A stretch of DNA of 64,000 nucleotides from Mobula hypostoma (lineage: Eukaryota): positions 20,090,001 through 20,154,000 of the forward strand of contig NC_086118.1 of assembly GCF_963921235.1 (NCBI RefSeq), given 5' to 3'. The notes beneath the pieces were generated by a model. That model had not been told where the DNA came from and made no database searches. It was given only the letters and a program-made list of their open reading frames with translations. Position 1 is the first letter of the stretch; each line of letters opens with the position of its first letter. Below, piece after piece: positions 14,047 to 26,639 of the stretch. The translations under genes and the position numbers were made by a program.

Positions 14047-14392
14047 TGTCAGGGGAGGAAGAAGAAGCCTGACCCAAAAGCAGATCAGCGAAGATGATCC
14101 AGCAGAGGATGATAACTTTAATAATGGACTGCAAAATAACAAGCCACAGGGGTGTCACAAAACAAGAGAGAACACAAACAAAACTCAACTGGTAACGAGA
14201 TGACCTTTAGGTAGGGAGGGTGAAAGCTAGGAGCAACTGGTTGAGACCAGCTAGTTCAATAAGCGAACAATGACGTTGGATGAGAACTGGGGTCAAATAG
14301 GCTGCCGGTGATGAAGCTGGAATGAGTGGCAGGTGAATCCTATTAGCTGGGTGGAGACTGGGAGGTGCCTGCACGTGCAGGTTGGGAGGTGT
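14047..14392 (-). repeat. 5' LTR of element B (main part; terminus displaced to 20873-20896)
   Basis: Aligns with 10499-10823, then is interrupted by the Nimb/I LINE. Confidence 0.85.
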
Positions 14393-15945
14393 GACTCAGA
14401 TCACTTGTTTTAGTAGACAGGTAAACGGACCCATCGTTGACCTTAGACTGTATGGACAGATGTTGGAACAAGTGTCGGTGATTAAGCTCCTCGGTATGTG
14501 GATGGATGCAAAATTTACAAGGAAGCATCATGTCAATACTTGGGAGATGTAAGGCTGTCCTTAATATGCTTTAGTGTTTGGTGGGATTTAATTGGGAGGC
14601 TAATAGGGTATCTATGATTACACTGTGTTGTGCATTAATTACAGCAGACCTAGATTATGGCTCTGTAGCACATGGGTCTGCTGCCCCTCACTTTTGAAAT
14701 CACTGAACATTATTCAAGCCCAGGCTTCATATCAGTGTTGTGGTGCTGCTAGGTCTTCTCCAGCTTCTTCCCTGCAGGTGAAAATGGGTCAGATGCTATT
14801 GTATTTGTGAAGGTTGCAGATGGCTGTGAATTATTGGGTACACCTCAGTGGTCAAGAGGAGCATTGAAAGCATCAAGATTGCAAGATTTGTAGTTTTGGG
14901 TGGAAAGGAAATGATCAGGGAGAAAACATAGCTCCATCTGATATAACCTATACTCCTAGGGTGGTTTTATCCTTGATTCCTCCCTGGCTATTTCCTTTAC
15001 CTAGGATAGGTTTGACTCTACTAGAGAGGCCATCAGAATGTGCCCAGTGTGTATCGAAAGAGGTAGTGGTTACTCTATATGTGCATCAATATTATGGAAC
15101 GGTTCCAGTGTTTACAGATGGTTCTAAAGACCCAGTGTTGCATAACATTGGAGCAGCAGTCTATGTCCCAGAACTTCAGGTGTTAATTAGAAACAGGTTA
15201 TCTAATAAACTTTCAGTTTGTGCTATTGAAGAGGTAGCAATCCTTCATGCATTGCCGTAGATAGAAAACGTACAGTCTAAATGTGTTGTTGTCTGTTCTG
15301 ATTCCTTCTCTACATTAAGTAGTCTTAAGGTGGGTGTGTCCAATAGTTGTCCAGAAGTTTTGTTGGAATTAAGACAAAGCTGTATTATGGCTGCAGTATT
15401 TAGGAGTGTATGTCTGCTTTTTGTGGATCCCAGCTCATGTAGGAGAGGAAGGAAATGAAGTAGTCAATAGGCTGGTTAAGCAATCTATGAAGGTCAATGC
15501 TGTTGATACTGATATTCCACCAAGTAAGGGGGAAGCAAGGGTTTTAATTAAGGACGATGTTCTCTCAATCTGGCAGGAACTGTGGGACACACAATTAGAG
15601 GAGACATTTATATGAAATTCACAGAAAGGTTACTTGTATTTGGAGGAGAGGAGAGCCCAGAAGAAAGGAAGCTATAATCACTCTGCTTAGACTTGGCCAT
15701 ACTGGTTTAAATGCTGCATTGTTTAGATTTGGTAACAATCTTCAGGTGAATGTAGACAGTGTCAGCTTCCAGAGACAGTCCCACATGTGTTATTGGAATG
15801 TAGGGCATATGAGTGGGAGAGAAAGCAGTTCCTGAGAAGCAATAGTTTGGAGAGGTATGGGCCAGACGCACAAGAAACATAAGCAAGTATTTAAGTTCTT
15901 GAAACTTGTTGGGTTGTTTAATACAATTTAAGTCAATAGCATTGG

Positions 15946-18303
15946 GTGTGCAAGATAGTTTTCTGCAGCAATACATAGAGGTACCAACTAGAGAAGGGGC
16001 AGTGTTGTATCACCTGTTAGGGAATGAGGTAGGGCAGGTGACGGAGGTATGTGTTGGGGAGCACTTCGGGTCCAGTGATCACAATACCATTAGTTTCAAT
16101 TTAATAATGGAGGATAGGAATGGACCCAGGGTTGAGATTTTTGATTGGAGAAAGGCTAACTTTGAGAAGATGCAAAAGGATTTAGAAGGAGTGGATTGGG
16201 ACAATTTGTTTTATGGGAAGGATGTAACAGAGAAATGGAAGTCATTTAAAGGTGAAATTTTGAGGGTTCAGAATCTTTATGTTCCTGTTAGGTTGAAAGG
16301 AAAGGTTAAAAGTTTGAGAGCACCATGGTTTTCAAGAGATATTGGAAACTTGGTTCGGGAAAAGAGAGGGATCTTCAATAAATATAGGCAGCTTGGAGTT
16401 AATGAGGTACTCAAGGAATATAAAGAATGTAAAAAGAATCTTAAGAAAGAAATTAGTAAAGCTAAAAGAAGATGTGAGGCTGCTTTGGCAAGTAAGGTGA
16501 AAATAAATCCAAAGGGTTTCTACAGTTATAGTAATAGCAAAAGGATAGTGAGGGATAAACTTGGTCCCTTAGAGAATCAGAGTGGACAGCTATGTGGGGA
16601 GCCGAAAGAGATAGGGGAGATTTTGAACAATTTCGTTTCTTCGGTATTCACTAAGGAGAAGGATATTGAATTGTGCAAGGTACGGGAAACGAGAAGGGTA
16701 GTTATGGAAAGTATGATGATTAAAGAAGAGGAAGTACTGGTGCTTTTAAGGAATATAAATGGGGATAAGTCTCCGGATCCAGACAGGATATTCCCTAGGA
16801 CCTTGAGGGAAGTTGGTGTGGAAATAGCAGGGGCTCTGACAGAAATATTTCAAATGTCATTAGAAACGGGGATGGTGCCAGAGGATTGGCGTATTGCTCA
16901 TGTTGTTCCATTGTTTAAAAAGGGTTCTAAGAGTAAACCTAGCAATTATCGGCCTGTGAGTTTGACGTCAGTGATAGGTAAATTGATGGAAAGTATTCTC
17001 AGAGATGGCATATATAATTATCTGGATAGGCAGGGTCTGATTAGGAACAGTCAACATGGATTTGTGCGTGTAAGGTCATGTTTGACAAATCTTATTGAAT
17101 TTTTTGAAGAGGTTACTAGGAAAGTTGACGAGGGTAAAGCGGTGGATGTTGTCTATATGGACTTCAGTAAGGCCTTTGACAAAGTTCCACATGGAAGGTT
17201 CAATCGTTAGGTATTAATATCGAAGTAGTGAAATGGATTCAGCAGTGATGGGAGACGCCAGAGAGTAGTGGTGGATAACTGTGTGTCAGATTGGAGGACG
17301 GTGTCTAGTGGTGCGCCTCAGGGATCTGTACTGGGTCCAATGTTGTTTGTCATGTATATTAATGATCTGGATGATGAGGTGGTAAATTGGATTAGTAAGA
17401 TAGGTGGAGTTGTGGATAATGAAGTAGGTTTTCAAAGCTTGCAGAGAGATTTAGACCACTTAGAAGAGTGGGCTGAAAGATGGCAGATGGAATTTAATGC
17501 TGATAACTGTGAGGTGCTACATTTTGGTAGGACTAATCAAAATAGGACATACATGGTAAATGGTAGGGCATTGAAGAATGCAGTAGAACAGTGGGATCTA
17601 GGAATAATGGTGCATAGTTCCCTGAAGGTGGAATCTCATGTGGATAGGGTGGTGAAGAAAGCTTTTGGTATGCTGGCCTTTATTAATCAGAGCATTGAGT
17701 ATAGGAGTTGGGATGTAATGTTGAAATTGTATAAGGCATTGGTAAGGCCAAATTTGGAGTATTGTGTACAGTTCTGGTCACCGAATTATAGGAAAGATGT
17801 CAATAAAATTGAGAGAGTACAGAGGAGTTTTACGAGAATGTTGCCTGGGTTTCATCTCCTAAGTTACAGAGAAAGGTTGAACAAGTTGGGTCTTTATTCT
17901 TTGGAGTGTAGAAGGTTGAGGGGGGATTTAATAGAGGTATTTAAAATTATGAGGGGAATAGAAAGAGTTGACGTGGATAGGCTTTTTTCCATTGAGAGTG
18001 GGGGAGACTCAAACAAGAGGACATGAGTTGAGAGTTAAAGGGCAAAAGTTTAGGGGTAACATGAGGGGAAACTTCTTTACTCAGAGAGTGGTAGCAGTGT
18101 GGAACGAGCTTCCAGCGGGAGTGGTTGAGGCAGGTACAATGTTGTCATTTAAAGTTAAATTGGATAGATATATGGACAGGAAAGGAATGGAGGGTCATGG
18201 GCTGAGTGTAGGTCGGTGGGACTAGGTGAGAGTAAGAGTTCAGCATGGACTAGAAGGGCCGAGATGGCCTGTTTCTGTGCTGTAATTGTTATATGGTTAT
18301 ATG
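15946..18303 (+). mobile_element. 5'-truncated CR1/L3 LINE inserted just after the Nimb ORF stop
   Basis: SDHN, YRPVSLTS, DFSKAFDKVPH and a (GTTATATG)n tail. The YADD-equivalent motif is deleted. Confidence 0.95.
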
Positions 18304-18375
18304 AGATCTATGAAGTAAGTTGTCCTTGCTTGTTTATCCTGTATTAGTATATCTGAATTGTTCCTTTCGGTTGTT

Positions 18376-19511
18376 ATAGCTGGGGGTGATAACAGGGACA
18401 AGTCCCACTACCTATTAAATGCTGCCAATGGCAGCGCCTCAAATAGCCCTTGACAACCAAGTCCAGCTCCTGGCCTTCATGTGTGGTTTGGCTACTAAGC
18501 CCGGCATAACGGTTTCTATTGATAGGAGAAGGAGCAAAGGCGGGTTAGCGGTGCATTAAAACCAGTCACTTCGGGCAGATGGGGCTCATCAGCCATGATT
18601 GGCAGTTTATCTTGGAGAAAGAAGACTCTAATCTCAAACCTCCATTGCTTTGCTACTATATCCACTCATGGGGAAGGCTTCGGGAGTAACTACTACTACT
18701 ACGTCGACTCAGGCCTAGGGGGCCGGCGTCGGGCACGATGACGGACTCTCCACTTCTCCCTCTCCCTCACCAGTGTGTTCAGTTCATCTACATTAGCCGC
18801 GCCGTTGTCTTCTAGGAGCGTGTTGACCATAGTCTTGGGAGGGCGCCCAGGGTTCATCCTCCCGTGCTTGGGCTCCCATATGATGACTAGGCTGGCAGGT
18901 AGCTCGGGGTGGCGTAGACAGTGCCCCGCTAGTTGCAGTCTTCTCGCCTCAATTTTAGTGGAGAGCATTGGAAGGCTGGTATAGAGCTCAAAGTTCATCC
19001 TGTGCTGTTGCCAACTCACATCAAAAGCCATCCGGAGCATTCGTGTATAGCAACCATCTAGAGACTTTCGCATTGTCTCGGTGAGTGTCCATGTCTCGCA
19101 TCCGTACATGAGAATGGACTCTATGACTGCTATGAAAATCCTCTTTTTAAGCCCTCTGGTCAGGTTCGACTTCCAGATTTCCTTCACGTCGTTCATAGCC
19201 CTCCACACCAGCACCTTCCGTATCTTTATGTCCTTCTCCAAACTCATCATTCTTGACCCCAAGGGAAAAAATCCGGTGCTGGAGTTCCTAAGGCAGTTCA
19301 ACATTGAATTCAATGCTGACTGGCAACTCTTGTGATAGTAAACTGTATCAGTCTGCGCCATTCCTTTGGGTTCATCAGAAGTGTGGAGATGGGGAGCCTG
19401 CTACATGGGCAACGCCTTGCTCTCCATATTGTACTGCCCAGGCTTGCGAATCTAGGCAGCTACGATGCAATATCCCTGGGCAACTCTGACCAACGGAGGC
19501 CTCAGACTCAG
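18376..19511 (+). mobile_element. Non-coding interspersed element (probably non-autonomous, RTE-related), split by an RTE fragment
   Basis: GC-richer block within the AT-rich Nimb UTR. The halves join as gggagtaa|accccaagggaaaaatcc. Family assignment is recall-based and uncertain. Confidence 0.4.
18689..19263 (-). mobile_element. 5'-truncated RTE-clade LINE (ORF C-terminus)
   Basis: ESILMYGCETWTLT, RRLQLAGHCLRH and GRP motifs. The stop codon runs into a (TAG)n tail at 18689-18701. Confidence 0.9.
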
Positions 19512-21725
19512 ATTACATCCGGACAGTTATTATGGATTGTCCTATCTGTGATAACAGATCAGTCGTAATATAATTTGTGGGAATCTGTCACCAAAACTGG
19601 CTGGGCTTGGATTTATAGTAAGGAATGGATTCTTATATAAGTTTGCATTTTAAAACAAGATCTTGGTGAATGATGTTTGCCACATGATTGTGCCTGTGTC
19701 CATAATCAGATTGAGTTATACTGCTGCAGGATCCTGTAAAATATCGGACTGTTTCTGGTTTCTCTTGGCACTTTCTATATTTATCGTCTTGAATTTAGTG
19801 GTCTCTTATTATGTATTTTTGATCATTTTTTGTGTTACCCACCTGGTCCTGTGCTGCCCTAAGGAAACCTGTTTCTGGAAAGAGGTCACCAGCTCTGACC
19901 CGGGTGTTGGACACTTGCGTGTCAACATCTAGTCCACTCAGATCATGAGGATGCTTTGCATGCAGGGTCATCCTCCTCCGTTGATTAACTTTTTCTTAAT
20001 GGCAATTATTCCTTCATTTTTCTGGGTTGTGCTCTCATTTAAGTTTAGTAGTGTATACTTCTTATCAGAATTGCATATGCTGGCAGGGAGTGCTGAATTC
20101 TGTTTTCATTGATGAAAATATATCCTTAGAAGTTTTATCTGACTGTTGTGTAGATTTTTAATGCCTGTTGTTTCTCTTCCCCCTTTTGTCCTAGGTAGTA
20201 TTAATCTTTTTGGGTTTGTGTACCTAACGTTTTCTGAAATTTGTCATTTCAGTTCTTATTTTTCTTTGTAAACTTTCCAAATTGTTTTGGACCAAGATAT
20301 TATGCCAAAAGAATATGTTAATATGGGTAGAGTGAAAGTGTTTATTGCCTTTGTTATATTTTTACTGTTGAGCTCTGCTTGGCAGATTTTCTTAAGCCTT
20401 GAAGTAAATTCTGTCAGAAGTTTATCCTGTATCACACTATGATGTATTTTCTTTGCTTACCGCTATCCTAGATACTTAAGATATTTCATATTCATCCATC
20501 AGTTGTATTGCATCCTGTTGCTCTGTTTTGTACTCTATTAGCTCTATGGCACCTTTCTCTATGTTTAAAGTTCTGCAATTATCCATTCCAAAGTTCATGT
20601 TTATATATTTTGAAAATATTTCTAGTATTTAAATTAATTGTTTTAGCTTTACTGATGGTATATAATTTCAAATCATCCATTATTATAAGTTATTATTATG
20701 ATTATTATTACCCTTATTATTAGTATTATTTTTTTCTTGGGGTGGTGGTGGTGGGTGTTAGGATCACTCTCCTGAATCCTCCTCACACTCCAGTTCAGTA
20801 GGTGGCAGTAATGCACCGTTTTGGTTGATCTGCCAACCACCAATAAAAAGCAATAGAAGAAAAAGGAGGAGGAGGCTGGGAAGTGCCAGCCTGACACTTT
20901 CTTTTTTTTTAAATACTTTATTTTCAAATTTTTAAAAAAAAACAATGAAATCAACAAAAACATGCCAGCTCTGACATGTATAAAAAAGAAATAAGCAAGA
21001 AAAAAAGACATAACATTAGAGGGATGCCTATTGTACAAAGTGCTCAAAAATACTAAACGTTAAATCTCAAATGAGGGCCGTGAGAAATCAGCTGGAGGAA
21101 AATTGCTCATCCGCCCCCGGCCTCGTCCAGGTAGGCAAGAAATGGATCCCAGATAGCCGAAAATGTTTTAATTGAATTGGTTCTCTAGAACCTAAGTTTC
21201 TCCATCTATATGACTGAGATCATATCAGACATCCATCTCTGAAAGGAAGGGGGAGAGGGTGATTTCCATTCCCTCAAGGTAAGTCTTTTGGCAACAATCA
21301 TCCCCAGCATCAGAGACTGTTGTGTGGCTGCAGGAAAACAAATAGTAGATTGCGAGCAGCCAAATATAGCGAGACCAGCTTCCAAGGGGAAGGATCTTTT
21401 ATAGGCCTTTGAGTACCAGTCGAATATTTTGGACCAAAATCCAGTCATTAATGGGCAAAACCAAAAGGTGTGTGACAACGTGGCTTCCATCCCTTGGCAT
21501 CTATCACACATTGGCGAGACAGAAGGGTAAATCCTATGCAATCTAAGTTTAGAGTAATGGAGACGGTGGACAACTTTAAACTGGATCAGTTGGTGCCTGC
21601 TGTTAACAGAGCAAGCCTGTATCATAGACAAACATTTATCCCAGGCAGCTTCAGATAATTCAATGCCCAACTCCTCTCTCCAGGCGTCTCTAATCTTCAT
21701 AGTAGACGCTACAGTGCAATTATCA

Positions 21726-22867
21726 TTTTTCAGATGACTCAAGTTTTTGGATGACTCAGAGTCGGACCATGGTCGGGTATGGCAGGGAGAGTTTTTCTTC
21801 CTTCTCCCATCTGCATGGGATGTGGGACATTTGAGAGACTGAACTGTAGTGCGCATGCGCCAGTCGTGCATGCAGCCTGGTACAGCCGTTCCAATCTATT
21901 CTTACTTTCTTCTTCTTACTTTTTAATTTACGTTATGTTTTTTCTCATGGTAACACGTCGAAGCTGCACCCTCTCTAACATGCCGGTAGAGAGAGTTTTA
22001 TTTGGGTTTTCTTTAGCAGTGGAAACGGTTACATCCCGACACGTGGGACAGAAGCAAGGTCGCATTGTGTATTCCACAGACCAACAAAGACCGGCCGGCT
22101 TAGCGAACAGAGCGGTGGACGCCCCTGCTGAAATCCGGAGGAAAACACACAGAGGGGGATCACAAAGCCGAGGAAAGAGGACCGGATCGAGACAACAGAG
22201 ACTTTTGGGGAAGAGGAGTTCGGTGGGTAATACCATTCCGGCTGACCGGAAGTGCACTGAGAGCGGTAAGCGTAAAGGAATTGGGTGCTTACTGTTCTGG
22301 CTAACAACGGATGGTGCAATCCGGGGTATACTATGATCGAGGAACGTATTTGCAGACTGGCTATTGAACTTTTTACTGTTGGATTTCGGCCACATTCCAC
22401 CATGATACAACACTTGGCGGCACGGGAAGTCGTTCCTGCCTGTGGCCATCGAATGTGCAGCTCCTCCCGTGGAGGGTCAGACACCCTGAGCCAATAGACT
22501 GGTCCTGGACTTATTTTCCATCAGCATAGTCTGCATTTTGGTGTTTGATTGTTGGGGTTTTTTGTATTGCTATATTTACGCTCTATTCTCGGTTGATGTG
22601 GCTGTAACGAAAACAAATTTCCCTCGGGATTAATAAAGTATATCTATCTATCTATCTATTTTACTGTGCTCATGGACTTCTTCATCAAGTTATGGTATTG
22701 TTGCACTGTTGTAACTATATGTTATAATTATGTGGCTTTGTTAGTTTTTTTTCCAGTCTTGGTCTGTCCTGTGTTTTGTGATATCACACCGGAGGAAATA
22801 TTGTATCATTTCTTAATGCATGCATTACTAAATAACAATAAAAGAGAACTACGTGTCTTCATAATCT
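21726..22867 (+). mobile_element. Composite non-autonomous retroposon insertion in L1 ORF2
   Basis: 8-bp TSD aattatca at 21718-21725 / 22868-22875. Removing it rejoins ORF2 as ...RLFDN-CTVAST. Ends aataaaaga...cataatct. Confidence 0.8.
21848..22659 (+). mobile_element. Internally deleted (bipartite) Rex1/Babar-like LINE derivative nested in the previous insert
   Basis: Starts agtgcgcatgcg. Encodes a basic N-terminal leader (GRIVYSTDQ...PAEIRRKTHRGG). Ends aatttccctcgggattaataaagta(TATC)n. Flanked by a possible actgt duplication. Confidence 0.55.
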
Positions 22868-25387
22868 AATTATCAAACAAACGTACAAACTTAGAAACGA
22901 GATGCCTGGAGTCAGGAGGGTTCTTTAAAATATCAAAAAACATATGTTTCCCTGGAAGGATTTCAAAATTACAAATCTTAGATTGAATGTAGTGTCTAAT
23001 TTGCAAATAACAAAAGGAGTGCGAATGAGGCAGCTCAAGTTTCTCTTTGATCAGACTAAATGTTGCAAACCGTCCCTCTATGTACAGGTCTTCAATAGAA
23101 ACTAGACCCTTCTCCCTCCAAGCATGGTAGGTTTTATCTGACCATGAGGGTAGAAAGGAGTGATTGAAACAGATTGGTGTTTGTACAGAGGTCTCTGGTA
23201 AATTCAGAACGCTCCTAACCTGATTTAGAATTCTTACAGAATTTTTCAAAACAAAACTCAAACTTTTTGAAGTCCCAGGCCTCTCTAACTTGGAGAACAG
23301 CATGGCTGGTAAGGAGGAACTGACAACAGAGTTAGACTCCATACAAAGCCACAAGGGAGCCCCAGGGTCTAGGTTATCCGGAGCCCCCTGTTGCCAAAAT
23401 ATTAAAACCCTAGCATTGACAGCCCAATAATAGTGTCTAAATACAGGTAATTCCAGCCCTCCTTCAGACTTGGGCTTTTGTAAATGAATTTTCAAAATCC
23501 TGTGATTCTTATAATTCCAGATATAAGACAATATTCTTTACAGAAAGCTGATGTAAGAAAAATGGGGAGATTTTGACAAAGGTAGAGAAACCTAGGAAGG
23601 GAAACCATTTTTATTGAATTTATATGACCAATCATGGACAGAGGTAGGGTTTTCCAACTTTCTACATTCTGTATAAGTTTTGAAGTAAACTCCGAGAAGT
23701 TTAATTTGAAAATTAATTTAGGATCTTTGTGGATTGTCAAGCCGAGATAAGTAAAGTGATCTTTAACTACTTTGAACGGGACGCTTCCCAAAAAATCCCA
23801 CCTGTAGTCGTTGGAGAGGGGCACAAAGTCACTTTTTGTCCAATTGATTGAGTATCCCGATAGTCTGCCAGAAGAGGAGATTAAATCTAGAAGAAGAGGG
23901 ACTGACTTTTCTGAGCTTTGTAAGTAGAGTATCACATCGTCAGCATATAAACTAATAAGTGTTTCAATACCTCCCATTTTCAAACCCAGAATATTTGGGT
24001 GACTTCTTATTTTTAAAGCAAGGGGCTCTACCACGACGGCAAAAAGGGCCGGCGAGAGAGGGCACCCCTGCTGGACTAAACAATGTAGGGGAAACAGAGT
24101 TGAATTGTCACCATTAGTTATAATAGAGCACATTGGGCTGGCGTATATCAGTTTTACCCAAGATACAAATGACTCGCCAAACCCAAACCTGTACAGTGAC
24201 TCATACATGTAAGGCCACTCAATCTGGTCAAAAGCCTTTTGTGCATCAAGGGATAAAATTACTGCCCCATTAGCTTTCCCATGATCAGGATATATAGTAT
24301 TAAGGAGGCATTTGACATTGGAAAAAGAGAACCTACCCGGGACAAATCCTGTCTGATCAGGAAGAATGATAGATGACAAATGCTTATTTAGTCGGTTAGC
24401 CAGCATTTTAGTAATTACCTTTCTATCAAAATTCTGGAGTGCAATGGGCCTATAGCTGGCCAGGTCTGTTTCCTCTTTACCTTTCTTTAAAATGAGGGAA
24501 ATGTTAGCCTCGTACAATGTCCTAGGCAAGGCTTTATCTCTCTCAGAGCAAGATATCATTCCGAGGAGAAGAGGGGCAAGGATATCACAGAATTTCTTAT
24601 AAAATTCACAGCCAAATCCATCCGGCCCGGCAGCCTTGCCGGACAGAAATGACTTAATGGCAGAAGTTATTTCTTCCAATGTGAAGTCAGAATCTAAGTC
24701 CTCCCTAGCAGCGTCACTAAGTTTCGGCATTACAAGAGAATCAAAGAAGTCATTCAAATCAGATTGAGTGGCATTGCATTTAGAGGTGTAGATTTCACTG
24801 TAAAATTCTTTAAAACAGTCATTTACCTCCTTGGAGTTAGTTAATAGGGTACCCGCCCTCAATCTAATGCAATGAATTGACCTTAGGGCCTGGGTGCCCC
24901 TGAGCTGCCGCGCCAGGCTTGTCCCCATTTCGAAATGTTTTTGTCTTAATTTTAAGAGGAGGTTATTTATTTGACTACCCAAGATACAACTGTACTCATA
25001 CTTAAGCTTCATTATTTTATTATAATCTTCAGAGGATTTCGAAGCCTGGTATGTCGCTTCGAGGGTTGGGAGAGTATTCTCAATCTCTAATAATCGCCCT
25101 TCTCTCTCCCTCTGAGCAGTGGATTCATATGAAATTATATACCCACGAATTACAACTTTTAATGTCTCCCAGAGTGTGGAATCTGACACCTCGCCATTAT
25201 CTTTACTTTCTATAAAATATTTTAATCTGGTGGTGATATATTCTATAAATTTCTTACCGGCGAGTAGGGAAGGGTTAAAATGCCAGGAATAGATTCGTTT
25301 GGAAAGGGAGAGATTTAGGGACATTGTCAAGGGGCTATGGTCAGAAATTAATCTATTACGATATTTTGTATTGGTAACATGAGATAT

Positions 25388-25470
25388 TAACCATATAACC
25401 ATATAACAATTACAGCATGGAAACAGGCCATCTCGGCCCTTCTAGTCCATGCCGAACTCTTACTCTCACC
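25388..25470 (-). mobile_element. 83-bp CR1 3'-end fragment inside the L1 endonuclease domain
   Basis: Reverse complement of 18224-18303 (same family, GTTATATG tail). Lies between SRIDYFL and ISHV...SDH. Confidence 0.9.
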
Positions 25471-26639
25471 AAAAAATAGTCTATTCTACTATAAGATTTG
25501 TGAACATGAGAATAATAAGAATAGTCCTTGTCGGTGGGATGTTGAACTCACCAAATATCTACTAAGTTCCTAGATTTAATCAAATTATTTAGGACCTGCA
25601 CTGACACGATATTTGAGAGCGGGCGGGAGGACAATCTATCTAAATATGGGTCCAGGTAGCAATTCAAGTCACCGCCGATTATTATATTTGAATTACTGGC
25701 ATCCAGAAGTAAATCAAAAAACTTCCCTAAAAAAATTTGGTTCATCTGTGCTTGGACCATAAATATTAAGGAAGGTTAGCGGAAACGAATTAATAGTGCT
25801 AGAGATCATAATAAACCTGCCGAGAGGATCTGTGGTCATGGAAGTGAGTTGAAATGGAATAGTTTTCCTAAAGAGGATAGCCACACCACGGGCATGGGAA
25901 GTAAACCTGCGATATCCAACTGGACCTCAATCTGCGTTGCTCAGTTACTTTGATATGGGTTTCCTGTGGAAAAAATCACATCTGCAGGTAGAGATTTGAG
26001 ATGTCTAAAAACTTTATCCCTCTTAACAACATGACCAAGGCCCTTAACATTCCATGAGACTATTGTAATATCTTTACCCCCCCCCAAGCTGTGTTCTACC
26101 GCAAGGCCTCTGCATATGAGAATAAAAAAGAGATTATTAAAGTTGAGCGCAAACATAGTAAACAATGCAAAATAACTGGCAGCCTCATAAAAACACAACA
26201 TACACAAAAAAGCATGTCTGAGCTATAAACAAAAACAACACACACCCTAACCCACACTCCCCCCCTCGTGTCTTCCTAAACCAGACACATAGTTCCCCCA
26301 TTTCCATCCCAAAAGGAGCTGCTGGGCAGGTAACTAACATGACACAATTATCACAAACCCCCTCTCCGAGAAAATTTATAACACAAATTATATATCACCG
26401 TTAAACAAATGCTCTTAAGGCTGGGGAGAGTTATCCAATGTCCGCACCTGAAGCTGAACATTCATGACACCAACTCAAATTTAACCCTTATAATAACAAA
26501 AATATTTAGAACATTCTCTGCAATTAAATCCCAGTGCGGCATACAGCATTGCAAAACTACATATAACAAGCAAGTCCCTCCCCATATCCCAACATGGAAA
26601 CCAGCACAAATATAAGCTGAATAAACAGTGTCAATATAT

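Larger units (their letters stand above)
14393..20872 (+). mobile_element. 5'-truncated I/Nimb-clade LINE with RNase H and long AT-rich 3' UTR, carrying nested inserts
   Basis: LDYGSVAHG; RNase H motifs VFTDGSK and WIPAHVGEEGNE; LRLGHTGLN; stop at ~15931. 3' end gtaggtggcagtaatgcacc...aataaaaag plus a purine tail. Degenerate 14-bp TSD at 14379-14392 / 20873-20886. Confidence 0.8.
10499..20896 (-). mobile_element. Second chromoviral Gypsy LTR retrotransposon B, antisense inside the RNase H region of A, internally deleted
   Basis: LTRs at 10499-10842 and at 14047-14392 plus 20873-20896. TSD CTCTC (10494-10498) / CTTTC (20897-20901). On the minus strand: gag knuckle (LCAYRGAEDHQCIKCP), partial RT (AGFFFVKE..LCIDYHGLN), RH, IN C-terminus (SSRFIGPFKI) and chromodomain (QYLVDW..HGLEERSW). 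Confidence 0.88.
21105..26080 (-). pseudogene. L1 ORF2p (APE endonuclease, RT, Cys-rich C-terminus), disrupted
   Basis: SWNVKGL, GGDLN, SRIDYF, SDH, QGCPLSP, LYADD and CDRC...HTFWFC. Confidence 0.9.

Noticed and set aside
23492..25402. 636-aa ORF as a host gene or active retrotransposase
   Set aside because: It is the middle of L1 ORF2. Its start comes from a CR1 tail insert, and the rest of ORF2 is frameshifted and interrupted.
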